Assembly (NCBI GenBank): GCA_002633005.1
Contig: NMRA01000002.1
Location: forward strand, 1,705,023-1,769,022
Reading direction: 5' to 3'
Length of the DNA: 64,000 bases
DNA from: Phoronis australis
Lineage: Eukaryota > Animalia > Phoronida
Every line of letters begins with the position of its first letter. The first letter of the stretch is position 1. Made by a program: the position numbers and the translations under genes. The notes beneath the pieces are model-generated. The model did not search any database, was not told the DNA's origin, and saw only the letters and a program-made list of their open reading frames with translations. Of the stretch, positions 1 to 11,917 are shown in pieces.

Positions 1-661
1 GAACTGTATGCAACCTTTTGGAAGAAAATCAGTTGATTGATAAATCAACGAAAAACAAATTAGCTAATAGCCACGCTCTATTCCATGATACTATGCTTTA
101 TATCGCTCCACAAACTGACCAACAGAATAACAGTACAACTGTATTTTTTTCAGCTCCCATGATCCATTTGCTTTTCTCAACTAAGAGTGTAGTTTTCAAC
201 GGCATTAATATTGAGTTAGATTGTATTACATCAATTTTTTACCTCCATCGCTCCAAATTAAGCTTTATTTTATCATTTGGAAAGTAAATCTGTTGAGAAA
301 CTCCATTGTAGGGTCATTGCTAGTGTGCTTACACCCCATCAGGGCAGTTGAGTGGATGCCAAGGGGAATTCCCTGTCATAATGGCTGAGTGCAAGTGCAG
401 TTCACCATCAGAATACTACTAGAATGGCCCGTCATGATTGGTTATCTGTCATTGCGGAAAGCTTTTTTCGCCAGATTACTTTTGACATACTATTTTTAGT
501 TCTACTATAAAGCATGACATTTTTATGCCTCTCTTGCACTAGCTGTCGGTACTCATGTTATTGCTCACCATGACATTTCAATTCCCATCAGAGATTTAAT
601 GACTGTACACATATATATTTCCTAGTCTACTGTGCTCATTCTGTGATTGATATTTTTGCAG

Positions 662-734
662 AAAGGGATCATCAACCGTACTGTGATAGTTGCCCAATTA
701 CGTGAAGATCTTCAAGGAGATGAAAACTTAGGAA
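662..734 (+). CDS. TEX47: TEX47-like exon (KGIINRTVIVAQLREDLQGDENLG)
   Basis: Acceptor tttttgcag ends at 661; donor gtgagt at 735; phase 1 matches the next exon. Confidence 0.8.
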
Positions 735-3700
735 GTGAGTATATCGTGTTGCTTCACTGGTATATACTGTACACATCTGGGATAATGCTCTTCAACTATG
801 GCTCTTGGGCTCCCGGAAGTTGTGAACCTTCACTTTTAAACATTCACTGATATTTTGTTTAACACGCATTCCCAGTTTACATGGCCGAGTCTTCCTTGAA
901 ACGTCTCATGTCTGCGAGTGCCCATCTGATCTGAATTTTAAGTCCAAAACATTTGAAACTCGTTTACATTTTAGTAATGAGTACTTAGCTTCAGTGGCAG
1001 CTTTCCTTAATCTGGGAGACAAGCGACTATATATTTTGTTTCTCTATCATTGCATGCGAGTCGTTTGCATTTTTCCTGAATTTTTGTACTGTTCAGACAA
1101 ACTCCCACCCCTGACTTCTAAACAATATTGATAATAGTTTGATTATGTAATTCTTATTTTCAGTTTATTATGACAAATACTTCAAAGAGCTGTACAACTC
1201 TCAGAACATAGAACCCTGCACTGGTCTGATGCTGATATATCCTAATTTATGTGTTTTTGTATTAGAGGTGAGACTTGACTTGTAATCTGTTCATTTAATT
1301 AGTATTGTGTGCTTAGTTTTAATTGATCTTTTCATGGGAAAAATATTAACTTTGGGTTTTCCTTAGACAAATACATCTCATTATTAAGTTGCACACTTTT
1401 CTTCATCTGTCCTAGATATGGCAGCTATGTTACATGCAGAAAGGCTACACGTTTTTTTCACTTGCTAAGTACAACACTATCATTTTACACTAAAAATATA
1501 AATAGCACCACTCGGTAATACTGTTATTTCAATCAAAAGAAAAAGGTCACTTTCAAACATGGCTGTCACAAAATCTTTGAATTCAAGTAGGAGAGCACTA
1601 ATCTTGAGTTGATCTGATTCCTTCTATTTTTGTCAGTGGTCATAAGCCAACATTAGGGTTGTGTTATCTTACTGATATCCTGTTGTAGTTATCTCCTCAT
1701 GTAACCACATACAGTATATTTAGGTTGTAGTTATCTCCTCATGTAACCACATACGGTATTTTCAGATGAAAAAGACTTGCCATTATCTTGTAATATGAGA
1801 TACTAAAAGCAATGTCAAGTGATAATTTCTGGTTTTGATAACTGGGTTTCATTTTGTCTGCTTCAGTAACTCATGACATGTCATTAATTTCCATGGCATG
1901 ATGTTTAGCAGTTCTTGGTGAGCTGACTCAATCATGGCTGAGCCAGTGTCTCCATCTGGTGACTGTGATTAGCACTTCAAGAATTGGATTATGTCCCCAT
2001 GACTTCATTTGTGCTTTGCTTTCAGACATGTACAGAAATGATAACAGAGTTTGTACGTGAGCTTAACAAGGATGAGCATTCCAAAACTGGCAACATTCAA
2101 AGGGCAAAGATTTGCGTCATCTCTCATGATATATCCTTTCTATTGGGACTTGTCTACAGTTTCTCAATACTTAAAATTTTTGTTACTATATAATCCATGT
2201 CATTCAGATAATGACCATTGAATGGCAGTCCATAACTTGACTTGTCTGAATAAACCGTTTGTCGATGGTTTTTTTAGAATTTTCAATGTCGATTTCCTTT
2301 GACTTTCTAAAAGACTGGAATGTTTGCCGGAGTGAGGGTGCTGTATTTTTTGTTTTGAAAGTAGATTTGAATAAATTAAACTTATCTGTATTACAAGGAT
2401 CACAGTTTTAAGGGTTCATTTTATTCTAATTACAAAACTATAAATATTTTTAGAGTCCTTGCTGTCCACAGAAACACATTTTGTGACAAAAATAATGTTT
2501 TTAGTGAGGTGACCATTTCTTTTTGGTAAAATATGATTTTTAAGAGGGAAGCTCATATTAACTTCTGCAGACACGAACAGTTTTGTGTGGAGCTTGCAAG
2601 AGTAAATCCATTTAATATTCATTCTGTTAGCTGTAAAATTTTGCCTGTTACTTTCTTGTAAACTTTAAACTACTTTGGAATCTTTCTTGGATTGAAGTCT
2701 TTATTTTTTATGATAGCCAATTTTGCTGACTAAAGATCTCTTCAGAAAATCCAGCCCTGTGCCGTAAATGCTAAAAGAAGGAATGAACAGAATTTACAAG
2801 TTTTGTGTAAGATTATCTATCATCAGTGGAAGTGGCGCGGTCTCCCTGACGATTAAAACAGATGCGAGGTGCCAAATTTTGAGTGAATTGTACATAAAGC
2901 ATAGTGTATGAAAGTTTCATTTGAATCTAACCTGCTATGTTTGAGACATGATGTTCCAAATTTTTTTATTAAACAACTTTTTACAGATACGTGAAAAGGA
3001 AGAGAAAGCATTCATACCCACATTCATACGCACATGCACACTTGTGGTGGGGGTCAGCTACAACTAAAAATATAGTGCCTCAAATTCAAGGTACTATAGG
3101 GGCCCATGTGTTACTAAATCTCTTCGAATTTTAGAATATTGTAAAATATGTATTTCTCACTATTGAAATATTCAAAGACTTCCCTTTTAAAGTATGTCAA
3201 GTTGGGAGTCATATTTTTAAGACGATCCAAATTTAGACAAATTTGAAATTTTTGTTGGGTCACATTCAACCTTAACTTTTCTCACATCAACCAGAGACTA
3301 TACCAGAGCTTCATCACTAAAGTATTGGATATTCAGGCACAGAAGGCTGATGAAGCGGACCCTGATGAATCTGTGGAGCCTATTGTTATAGAAGTTCTCA
3401 CTCAGCTATTGAAACTAGGAAACTATCTGGCTAAACAGCCCAAGGTAACTAAAGCATTAATTTTACGTGCATGAAATCATTTTTTCAATGAAAATCAACC
3501 TGAACTTTCACTCGTTTAATTGGCAGACCTGCAATGAGTATCGGACAATATGTTAATCAATCACCATTTAACTGAAATTTAGAACTTTGTATAAGTGTAT
3601 GAAGATGAACATTGACTTAGAATTATTTACTTGTTTTTATTTTTTACTTTGTTGGTGGTCAGCTTTTAGTGTCCATTCCCTTTGCTGGTCACCTAATAAA

Positions 3701-6700
3701 TTATGTTTCTCCCCCCCCTCATCTGCCCTCCATCCCTTCCGCTTTCCCTCCTTGCATTTTGTCTATCAATAAGTGCACTATAATCATCTCACTATTTTGA
3801 CAGTAGTTGCTGTTATCCTGTGACATTTAATGACTTTTCCAGCTGAGCCTCAAGAGTACCCTTCAAACCATAAGGGAAAAGGTACCAGACTTTCTGCCTC
3901 AACAAGGTAAGTGAAGAGGAGGGTTCGAATTAAAGAAATCTATTTATGATAAGTTTGCTAAAGACTGTTTGTGATTGGCTAATTGAGCAATATTGGTCTA
4001 GGATTCCATATTGAGCATGGGATTTTCCAGTCTTCCTGCACACCCGTAACTTAACTTTATTTACCTGTTGTTCTGAGGCCTCTTGTTTGAAATGGACACT
4101 TGATATTGATTTCAGAACACTTCTACCCTTGTTTTAATTGACTTATAGTCACATGTTTTGGTTATTTGTGTTTAAATTGCATGAGATGAGAATATTGAAA
4201 ACTGTTGTATTTTACACCATTACGGTGTTCCATTGGTCATCAGCAGCATATAATTTAGTTATCTTCCAGATTGATAGAGATGAAGCTGATTTTATGAGCT
4301 TCACACTGATGTATAATACATAGTATATAAATCAAACTGGTTTGTTAAATTTTTGATTAAAACAATTGAGGGTGTTAATATTGAGCTTGACCTAAAATAG
4401 CCAGCTGGCTGGTCTGGACACTGGTTACAGTGTAAAGCACTATAAGGGTTAAGACTTATCCGTACTTAATAAATGCAATGTTGTAAGTTATTTACTTTCT
4501 TGCAATCATTGCTATCTGGCTGCTTGAAACCAAGTGAGTTGAAAAATTTAGTAAACATCAAAATTTTGACTGGTTAGGTTAGTTATGCTTCAACATTCCC
4601 AGTGAAAATGCATTCGCATTATTTTGAAGCAATTTGTGAGTAACATAAATCAACCAGTGATTGACTGAGACAAGTGTTAATTAGGTGTAGTTTATGTAAA
4701 TGAAACCAACCACGAAGTTGATGACCTTTCATAATTATATGTAGCAAATAATTTACTCCTCCACGACACACAAGACTTATGCAAGTTTTAGCTCTTCTCT
4801 GTTGCACTTAATTCATGAATAGAATTTCTTGTGTGCACCAGTTTTGAAGGTGTATGAGGCATTGCTTTGAACATTTTTACAATTCTGGGAATTCTTTCTA
4901 CAGCACTGCATTTTTCAAAATAATACACTTATTAGTGGGAGCGATAATACGCAACGTGTCAGCTTTGTTAGATCGGTTTATTCTTGAAGTGACGGTTATC
5001 TACAAATGATAAATACAGTTTGTCAAACAACGGAACCAAACAATGTTCTCAAAACGTTAGGCCTACCCAATAGTCAATACGGCTAGTACACGGGACTCGA
5101 ACCCGCATTAGACCAAACCACCACGAAGCAGCCGTTACAGTTCAACAATTAAACACTAGGCCTGCAATATCCAGCAGACCTACATGAATAGACTAAACGT
5201 GAAGCCTTAGAATTACATGATTGTGCTTACTGGAGTTTTCTGCGTGGCTCAGCTAATAATCTCTCTACAGTGCATCACAACATGTTGAAACCAATATTCA
5301 AAATGAGCGCTGTAAATGATTGCTGAAGCTAAAAACCATCAAAACTGCACTGCGATTGGTTATATTACAATGGTAGCATCTATTTAGCTAATAAACAATT
5401 ACCTAGGAGTGGGGGTAGACAGCAATTACAATGCACTCTGGAAACGCCCTAAGGTGTACATACAATGCCTCTAGTGGACACAAAGTTCCTAAACAAAAGA
5501 CTAATGCTCCTGCATTAACAACACTGTTGGACGGTTGTTGGCTCGTAAACATAGGGTGACATCACCAGATTAGCATTTGGGTTATGAGATCTAACTTCAG
5601 CGTTATTAGACAGTGAATGTTCACGAATCGTATGAAAAACTTGGTAATCAATTCCTTTTGAAGCTGACTTCATTTTTCTAGGAAACATGCTTTGTCACAC
5701 TCATTCCAAAAAGCATGTCACAGTTGATCTGTGGTGACCTCTAGTAACAAACGCTGTGATGTCACTGGATGTTTACGAGCCGACAACCTTCCCATAACTC
5801 ATTTGAAAAACTTGATCAGTACTGAAATTCCCTGAATTGTATACCTTTTCAAATCATGTTCCTGCATAACATTACCAATGCTACACTCTTTGAAAGCATT
5901 GAACAATGAACATCCTAATTAGAGACATTTGGCCATCTGCTTCACATGTTCTATTTTTGTTAGTGTGATGGCTCTGACAACGCCAAGCATTATCTATTGC
6001 TCATTAGAGACTTTCATGTTCGTTTTGATGCTGAAAAATTTCACGGATATGATCTGATGTAAACATGTATTTTGTAGGAATCGTCAATAGTTAGTAGAAA
6101 GCCTTATCAGAGATCTATTGCTCATTGAGATTTCTAGAAACATTTTGGTAACAAATAAATATCACAAGATCAGTATTTTGTTTACGTCAGAGCCTAGAAG
6201 TATGCGATGCACTATTAAACATAAACTGGACAGGTGTTTTGTAGACAAGTTCCCTGTCTGTGCTGCCCCCTCTTGGCATGGCTTACAGATGGGTGTCTGC
6301 CCCATAATCCTCTGTATGTTTACAAACCTCGAATACAATGACTGTAATGGCATTTAGTCTTCAATTTTGTTGAGGAACTGAAAGATTATTTGGAAAAAAT
6401 GTTAATTGTGAGTGTTTGTTTGAGATTGAAGGATACAAAGTCTCCAACTGCCTCCAAAGGTTAGTTAGGGTTTACCGTAATTTTCAGAAAATCTCTCATC
6501 ATACATTGTTCCACTGCCTACTGTTATCTATGCAATTAGATTTCATGTCACTACCTTAGTGGCAGATAAATGAGGATTAGCATTGTCAAATAAAGCCATT
6601 CGTTTTCTTCTTTTCCAGATGCAATATTCCAGATAGTGAACACAAATGACACAAGTGTGATCTCAGTGCAGGAGTACCTCAGCATTCAGACCAGGCCATT

Positions 6701-9700
6701 CACTGTAGTGCTTGACAGTGGTATGTATGAACTTTACACATNGCGGGTTAACTGGCTTCTAATGATTTATGAAGTGAACATTTTTTTATCATTAAGGGAT
6801 TGGGGCTTTCATTAGTAGACCAATTGGTAAAGCCCATGCAAAACAGTTTAATGAGGGGAACTTGTGAAATAGTTGGTCACAGGGAGGCAATTTCAATTGG
6901 TTATAGTCTGAAGACAGTGTTATACTTGCAAGGAAAATTCATGCACGCCAGGGTAATACTCTGAATAATGTTTCTTTTTCATTTAATTTACCTTATTGTA
7001 ATCAGGCCAATAAAACTTGTACGTCAAGTGCAAGTGCTTGCTGTTGAAAACACTCATTGGTGCATTCACTGAGTGATAGAAAACCAGAAAAGGTTTTCTT
7101 CATTCTCAAATTTGTATGAGTCGTCATTTTTGAAAGATGTGTTTTAAAAACACAGCAGCGTCAACCAAAACAAACCAGAGCTGCGTTCCAGAGACTGAAC
7201 ACATTAGCTATGCCATGAGAAATCTTTGCTTATGTAATAGAAGCAGTGAATTTTGTCAGTGTCTGCCACTAGCAAGCTGTCAGTCACACTCACGAAGCAC
7301 TCCCCTCTCAGTTGTGTGAGTTTGCATGGTTTTTCATGACGTTGTGTTTTGACGAACTACTTAGTATTACAGGCCACATCACAGTTAGAAGCTGTATTAA
7401 TCTTGGCTACCGTACTGAGATCGGCCTTTTTTGTAATATTATTTTTTTACATAGAGACGAACAGGAAGTCATTACTGCTAATGAGTTCCTAATGACAAAG
7501 AGTCCTAAGCTTTCACATTGACATCTGCCAGCGAATGTCAGCACGTTTTTAATCTCGCTTCCTGTTTATAATGTGCTGGTGTTAGTTCATAGTGAACGTG
7601 CAGCATTGAAACAAACCTTATTCAGATTGTACACTTGTTTTCATATTATACTTCTTATGAGCTATGTACTTAAAAGGATACCTCAGGGGGCTTGAATGAG
7701 CACCACTATTTGGCGAAGTGGGCAAAAAGAAAAAACTCCGAAAAAGGTAGAAAACGAGACAAAAGTCCACTGAAAAGGCAGGAACTACCTAAATTCGGCA
7801 AATGCACAGTTTACAGCTGTGAACGTACCTCGTTTTTTTAGTAAAAGGTCCACATTCCCAAAAATTCGAGCCCCCCCACTTTTTAGGCTGGGTGTGTGCA
7901 TGCTGTTTGTAGACTTATGACAATCATTTTAAAAGCTCCCCTGTTGCAATCAAGAATTTTCATCTTTTCTGGCTTGCTGGGATTTTATTTGCTTCCTTAA
8001 TTGTATGTTGGTCTTTCGAGACCATTGCTTGGGGAAGCATTGTTATACATAACTGAAACTATTAAGTGTTAATGCCTGAACCATGTGGGAGATGTCATTA
8101 TCACATCTGTACCACCCTCGCTCATGTCACAGTGGGNCTAAATTCGGTAAATGCACAGTTTACAGCTGTGAACGTACCTCGTTTTTTTAGTAAAAGGTCC
8201 ACATTCCCAAAAATTCGAGACCCCCACTTTTTAGGCTGGGTGTGTGCATGCTGTTTGTAGACTTATGACAATCACTTTAAAAGCTCCCCTGTTGCAATCA
8301 AGAATTCATCTTTTCTGGCTTGCTGGGATTTTATTTGCTTCCTTAATTGTATGTTGGTCTTTCGAGACCATTGCTTGGGGAAGCATTGTTATACATAACT
8401 GAAACTATTAAGTGTTAATGCCTGAACCATGTGGGAGATGTCATTATCACATCTGTACCACCCTCGCTCATGTCACAGTGGGATGTCGTGGAGCACAGTG
8501 GGGGGTTATTATTGTATATTTCATACCTTGTGAATTAAAAACCACTCTGAAGTACAATTTGTTTTGTTCCCTCTTATTTTAATACAATCATGCTTTATAT
8601 GATGTGTTTTGTAACACTGCATTTCTAAGTGCTTCCTGGAATTTGAAGATCTGTGCATGAATTTTTTAATAAGGTCTAAATTGAAATTAGACCTAAGTGA
8701 GGTTTGTGTGTGTGAATTTGCATATGACTCCTGATTAGTCATTGGAAGAGCCTGAGGCTCCAATCTAGTTTGCTTTAACTAAAGAGTCAACCTATTGACT
8801 GAAGAACTGAAATTTCTTTTCTGCACTGACTAAAAACCAATGTAAAAACAATCAGCAGTTTTTATAGTTTATTTTAACCAGAGTGAAGTCAGGAATTTAT
8901 GTGGCTCTTAAAACTGCCTTATGATTGGCTTCACCATCATGTTGTTGCTATTGTTATAAAGTTTCCATGGTATTTCTCCTAAACTATGTCTATTGCAGAA
9001 CTTGTCTGGCCATTCGAAGTAAGATTTCTGATCTCAGCCACCTCTTAATTTCTCCTTCACTGTCTACAGGGTTTTGTTCAGATTTTTTCTCCTTTGACAC
9101 TCTTGGGGCTTTTCTTTGGTATCTCTTGCTTGGTTCTGCTTTCATGTTTCCGATATTTCGAAATTTCTTTCCACTTTTACTATTTTCTCTTGAGTGTTTT
9201 CATTGCTGATCTTCCAGTTTTCTACTTGGCAATCAGGTCTCCACACATCAACATCTCGTGTGAATAATTAGATATTTAGCATCCAATTTTAACTGTTTTC
9301 TGGTTAGTATGTGAAGAGGTGTTTGTTTAAAATTTTGCACAAATTCCGTTGGTATGATATCTGTATTAATTTCACTGTGAGAGGAAACTAATTGAAGGTT
9401 ATGCATGTGACAAGGATCAACTATATGTACTGCAGTTCAAATTTAGAAATGTCTCTGACTACTAATTTGTTTTCCACGGTTCTGTCAGGCATCAATTATT
9501 AATGACAACAACCTTACAAATTGCATATTGAGTTTCCTTTTTCTTTTAGAAGTTTAGGTGTTGAGATTATTGGTCTTACACTCGGGTTTATCAGTTCTGT
9601 GCGATTAGATAATAAGATAATGGAACTCGCATTTTTCTTGTATGTTGCTTTTAGTGTTTTAAGATTGGAGTATTATCTTTGTGATATGAAGATTAAAAAC

Positions 9701-10471
9701 TGTGTTACTCAGTTTCTGTTAATAGTTCCACTCACACGTAACGCTGTCATGCTTTCGATCTTGGCAGGGCGTCCCCACCAGCGCAGTTTCCAAGTGAAGC
9801 AAACATTCGCTGAGAAAGACCTCCCCATGTTCTTAATTGGTCATGCCTGTGTGACATTAACAATTAACTGCACTTTAGCACAATGGGTAAAATACCAACA
9901 GATGGCCCAAATATTCAAAACTAACATGAGCTGGCATATTCAAATGACATCTAACGCACACTTGCAAACGTTTTCAGTTTCGTTTGTTGAAGCCGGTGTT
10001 TTCGCGGGATTTTCGTATGAACGCTCTCAGTTTCCGGATTTTTCGGCAATTTTTTTTATTGCATGGACCGGGCTCTTGTCAATGCCCTCGCCCCTTTTGC
10101 CCTGTTTTTCCATACCCGTTGTGTAAAATAGTTAAAAAGTTGAATGAATACCCTCTAGGCTGATTTTCATTTTAAAATACAAAAAGACAAATCGACAATA
10201 ATAACACTTTAATCACCTACATCGATAACCGAAATGAAAGACGGTATCATCGATTTACTCACGAAGAATGTGAAGAGACTCAGTACGGCCGCCGTTGTCA
10301 GTGTTTTTCCGTTCTTGTTTCGTCCGCGTTGTACATTAACCGTTCGTTAGGTAATAATGACCACATCTAAAGCATCACGTGGATTTGCGAACAAGGACAT
10401 TTTTCATTAATTATGATTTTGTTTCAGAACTGACGTGGCCGATTAACAATCGACTCTTCCCCTACAATTAA
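662..10471 (+). CDS. TEX47: TEX47/C7orf62 (DYBLUF/MOT7-like, BLUF-fold) gene, 5'-partial, multi-exon: join(662..734,1164..1267,2026..2130,3286..3444,3843..3906,6619..6720,10428..10471)
   Basis: Seven exons join in frame with compatible phases (1,0,0,0,1,1), giving KGIINRTVIVAQLREDLQGDENLGIYYDKYFKELYNSQNIEPCTGLMLIYPNLCVFVLETCTEMITEFVRELNKDEHSKTGNIQRAKICVISHDINQRLYQSFITKVLDIQAQKADEADPDESVEPIVIEVLTQLLKLGNYLAKQPKLSLKSTLQTIREKVPDFLPQQDAIFQIVNTNDTSVISVQEYLSIQTRPFTVVLDSELTWPINNRLFPYN*. The motifs TGLxLIYP...LE, SHDI..RL, LLKLG, VPDxLP and LDSELxWP match my recollection of the TEX47 family. The start exon was not found and is probably upstream of the window. Confidence 0.85.
1164..1267 (+). CDS. TEX47: TEX47-like exon (YYDKYFKELYNSQNIEPCTGLMLIYPNLCVFVLE)
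   Basis: Acceptor ttcttattttcag; donor gtgaga at 1268; contains the BLUF-like TGLxL..LE strand. Confidence 0.88.
2026..2130 (+). CDS. TEX47: TEX47-like exon (TCTEMITEF...KICVISHD) ending at an AT-AC intron
   Basis: Acceptor ctttgctttcag; 35 codons; followed immediately by ATATCCTTT (U12 donor). Confidence 0.87.
2131..3285 (+). other. U12-type (minor spliceosome) AT-AC intron
   Basis: 5' end ATATCCTTT; branch site CCTTAAC at 3270-3276; ends ttttctcAC at 3285; excision gives in-frame SHD|INQRLYQ. Confidence 0.9.
3286..3444 (+). CDS. TEX47: TEX47-like exon (INQRLYQSF...LLKLGNYLAKQPK)
   Basis: 53 open codons after the AC acceptor; donor AAG|gtaact at 3445. Confidence 0.88.
3843..3906 (+). CDS. 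TEX47: TEX47-like exon (LSLKSTLQTIREKVPDFLPQQ)
   Basis: Acceptor cttttccag; donor AAG|gtaagt at 3907; phase 1. Confidence 0.87.
5533..5788. mobile_element. Intronic MITE with about 33-bp terminal inverted repeats
   Basis: ggttgttggctcgtaaacatagggtgacatcac at the left end versus gtgatgtcactggatgtttacgagccgacaacc at the right end. Confidence 0.65.
6619..6720 (+). CDS. TEX47: TEX47-like exon (DAIFQIVNTND...PFTVVLDS)
   Basis: Acceptor ttttcttcttttccag; donor gtatgt at 6721; phase 1 to phase 1. Confidence 0.87.
7789..8482. repeat. Near-identical direct duplication (7789-8136 / 8138-8482) around a single n; probable unmerged allelic contig overlap
   Basis: The two copies abut the n at 8137 and differ by only a few SNPs and indels. 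Confidence 0.85.
8999..9048 (+). CDS. TEX47: TEX47-like alternative terminal exon A (ELVWPFEVRFLISATS*; or ELVWPFE then splicing at gtaaga 9019)
   Basis: Acceptor tattgcag ends at 8998; phase 1 completes LDS|ELVWP, the family C-terminal motif; paralogous to the exon at 10428. Confidence 0.6.
10428..10471 (+). CDS. TEX47: TEX47-like terminal exon B (ELTWPINNRLFPYN*)
   Basis: Acceptor ttttgtttcag ends at 10427; phase 1; stop TAA at 10469-10471; AT-rich 3'UTR with ATTAAA near 10855. Confidence 0.8.
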
Positions 10472-11416
10472 AAGACGCCTGGTTGCAGTGACCTCGACCA
10501 TCATCTCTTAAGACGCAAGTTTAGTCAGGAAATTTAATGCAAATTACACATTGGTCCAATTTGAAATATAATTTGAAAAAAAAATAAGATACGGAGGTCA
10601 TATTCTAGACTAATCTTTGGGTAGCAGAATAACGACGTATACTTACTGTTTATATGAAACATTTTATGTCTCACATGATAAATTTTTTACTCCTTATTTT
10701 TATTTATTGTACTTTTAAGTCGATGGCTTCAGTTGTATGTTGTATATATGGTTTGTCTGTAAATATGTAAATACAGTTTTGATCACTTCAATTGTTCTCG
10801 TATCGTTTATAGTTTGTCATCATTAATGGCACGTACGTTGGTGCTATAAAAAGAATTAAACTTGAAAGGGAAACAATAACCACAGCACTTTACCGATGTA
10901 ACACCATAAAACACTCATGTGTTTGGTCTTGAACTAGTTTAAAGTGTCGCGTCATTTCATTATGTTTAACAGCTCTACACTGAAAGTCTGAAGCGAAATT
11001 TGTTTTATCTTTTACCCAGATGTCATGGCTGACTAATTGGGTCGATCTGCTGTGGCTTTTGTTTAGAAAAAAAAAACAGTATGGCGGCACACAAGTAGTC
11101 GGGAGCTAGTTCAAAGCTGAATTTCGCCCAGTTCATCTGGTTGGCGAAAATCAAATTGGGCCGGGTCTCATAAAATTGGCCTGGTAGCATTGCACATCGT
11201 TACAACATTCCATTTCTTGGCACTGAACATGAGAACACTGAAATCATCAGCGACTCTAAACAAACCTGTCAGATTTTAGTGGGGACATTGAAGGTAATTC
11301 GAAAATTGCGCATGTAGGCATTGCGTGTAACTTCAGTTGATAACGGAAAGTGAACCTGTCACGGTATGCTGCGACTAATTCTAATCGATTTTCGTTATGT
11401 ATCGGCAAGTTTTTAA

Positions 11417-11917
11417 AGGCCCTTTCATACTAACGTCGACGCGTCGATGTTTTGGGGAACATGCGGTCAGTACGAACGGTTAGCTTCGGTTCTGCATCGA
11501 AGTTAACAGCTCCAGTTAACTTTGCAGTAAACAGGTGGATTTAACAGTGGAGCCGATAGCCGCTGCGGTGCAGTATGAACGGTCAACGTCGGTCTCGTCG
11601 AAGTTATCGCCAGGTGCCACTGTTATAGTCAACAATTAAAGGGCAGTGTCGTTGCTAATATTTGATCATATTTTGCTCGAGTAATCACCAATCGAATTAA
11701 AAATAAGTTTTATGTCAATTACCATATGTGAATATTCCCAAATTGTCACATTAAAAATCTTAGCTTGCAGCGCTACATTGCGATTACTTCGATAACAACA
11801 GCGTCACCTACCGTTTACTTCGATGTACGTTCCGAAGCCGGTATGAACGGTTTAGTTAACTTCGCGTTTACCTCGAGCTTCCGTTCAGACCTGAGTTAAG
11901 TCAGTATGAAAGAGCCT
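11417..11917. mobile_element. PIF/Harbinger-type MITE
   Basis: TIRs aggccctttcatact / agtatgaaagagcct flanked by TAA on both sides; internal gtatgaacggt-like motif occurs three times. Confidence 0.75.

Noticed and set aside
1682-1760. 42-bp tandem duplication in an intron
   Set aside because: Two copies only with no spacers; an ordinary slippage duplication, not an array.
9521-10126. 201-aa ORF
   Set aside because: Intronic, non-ATG start, no recognisable motif, and composition typical of translated T-rich DNA.
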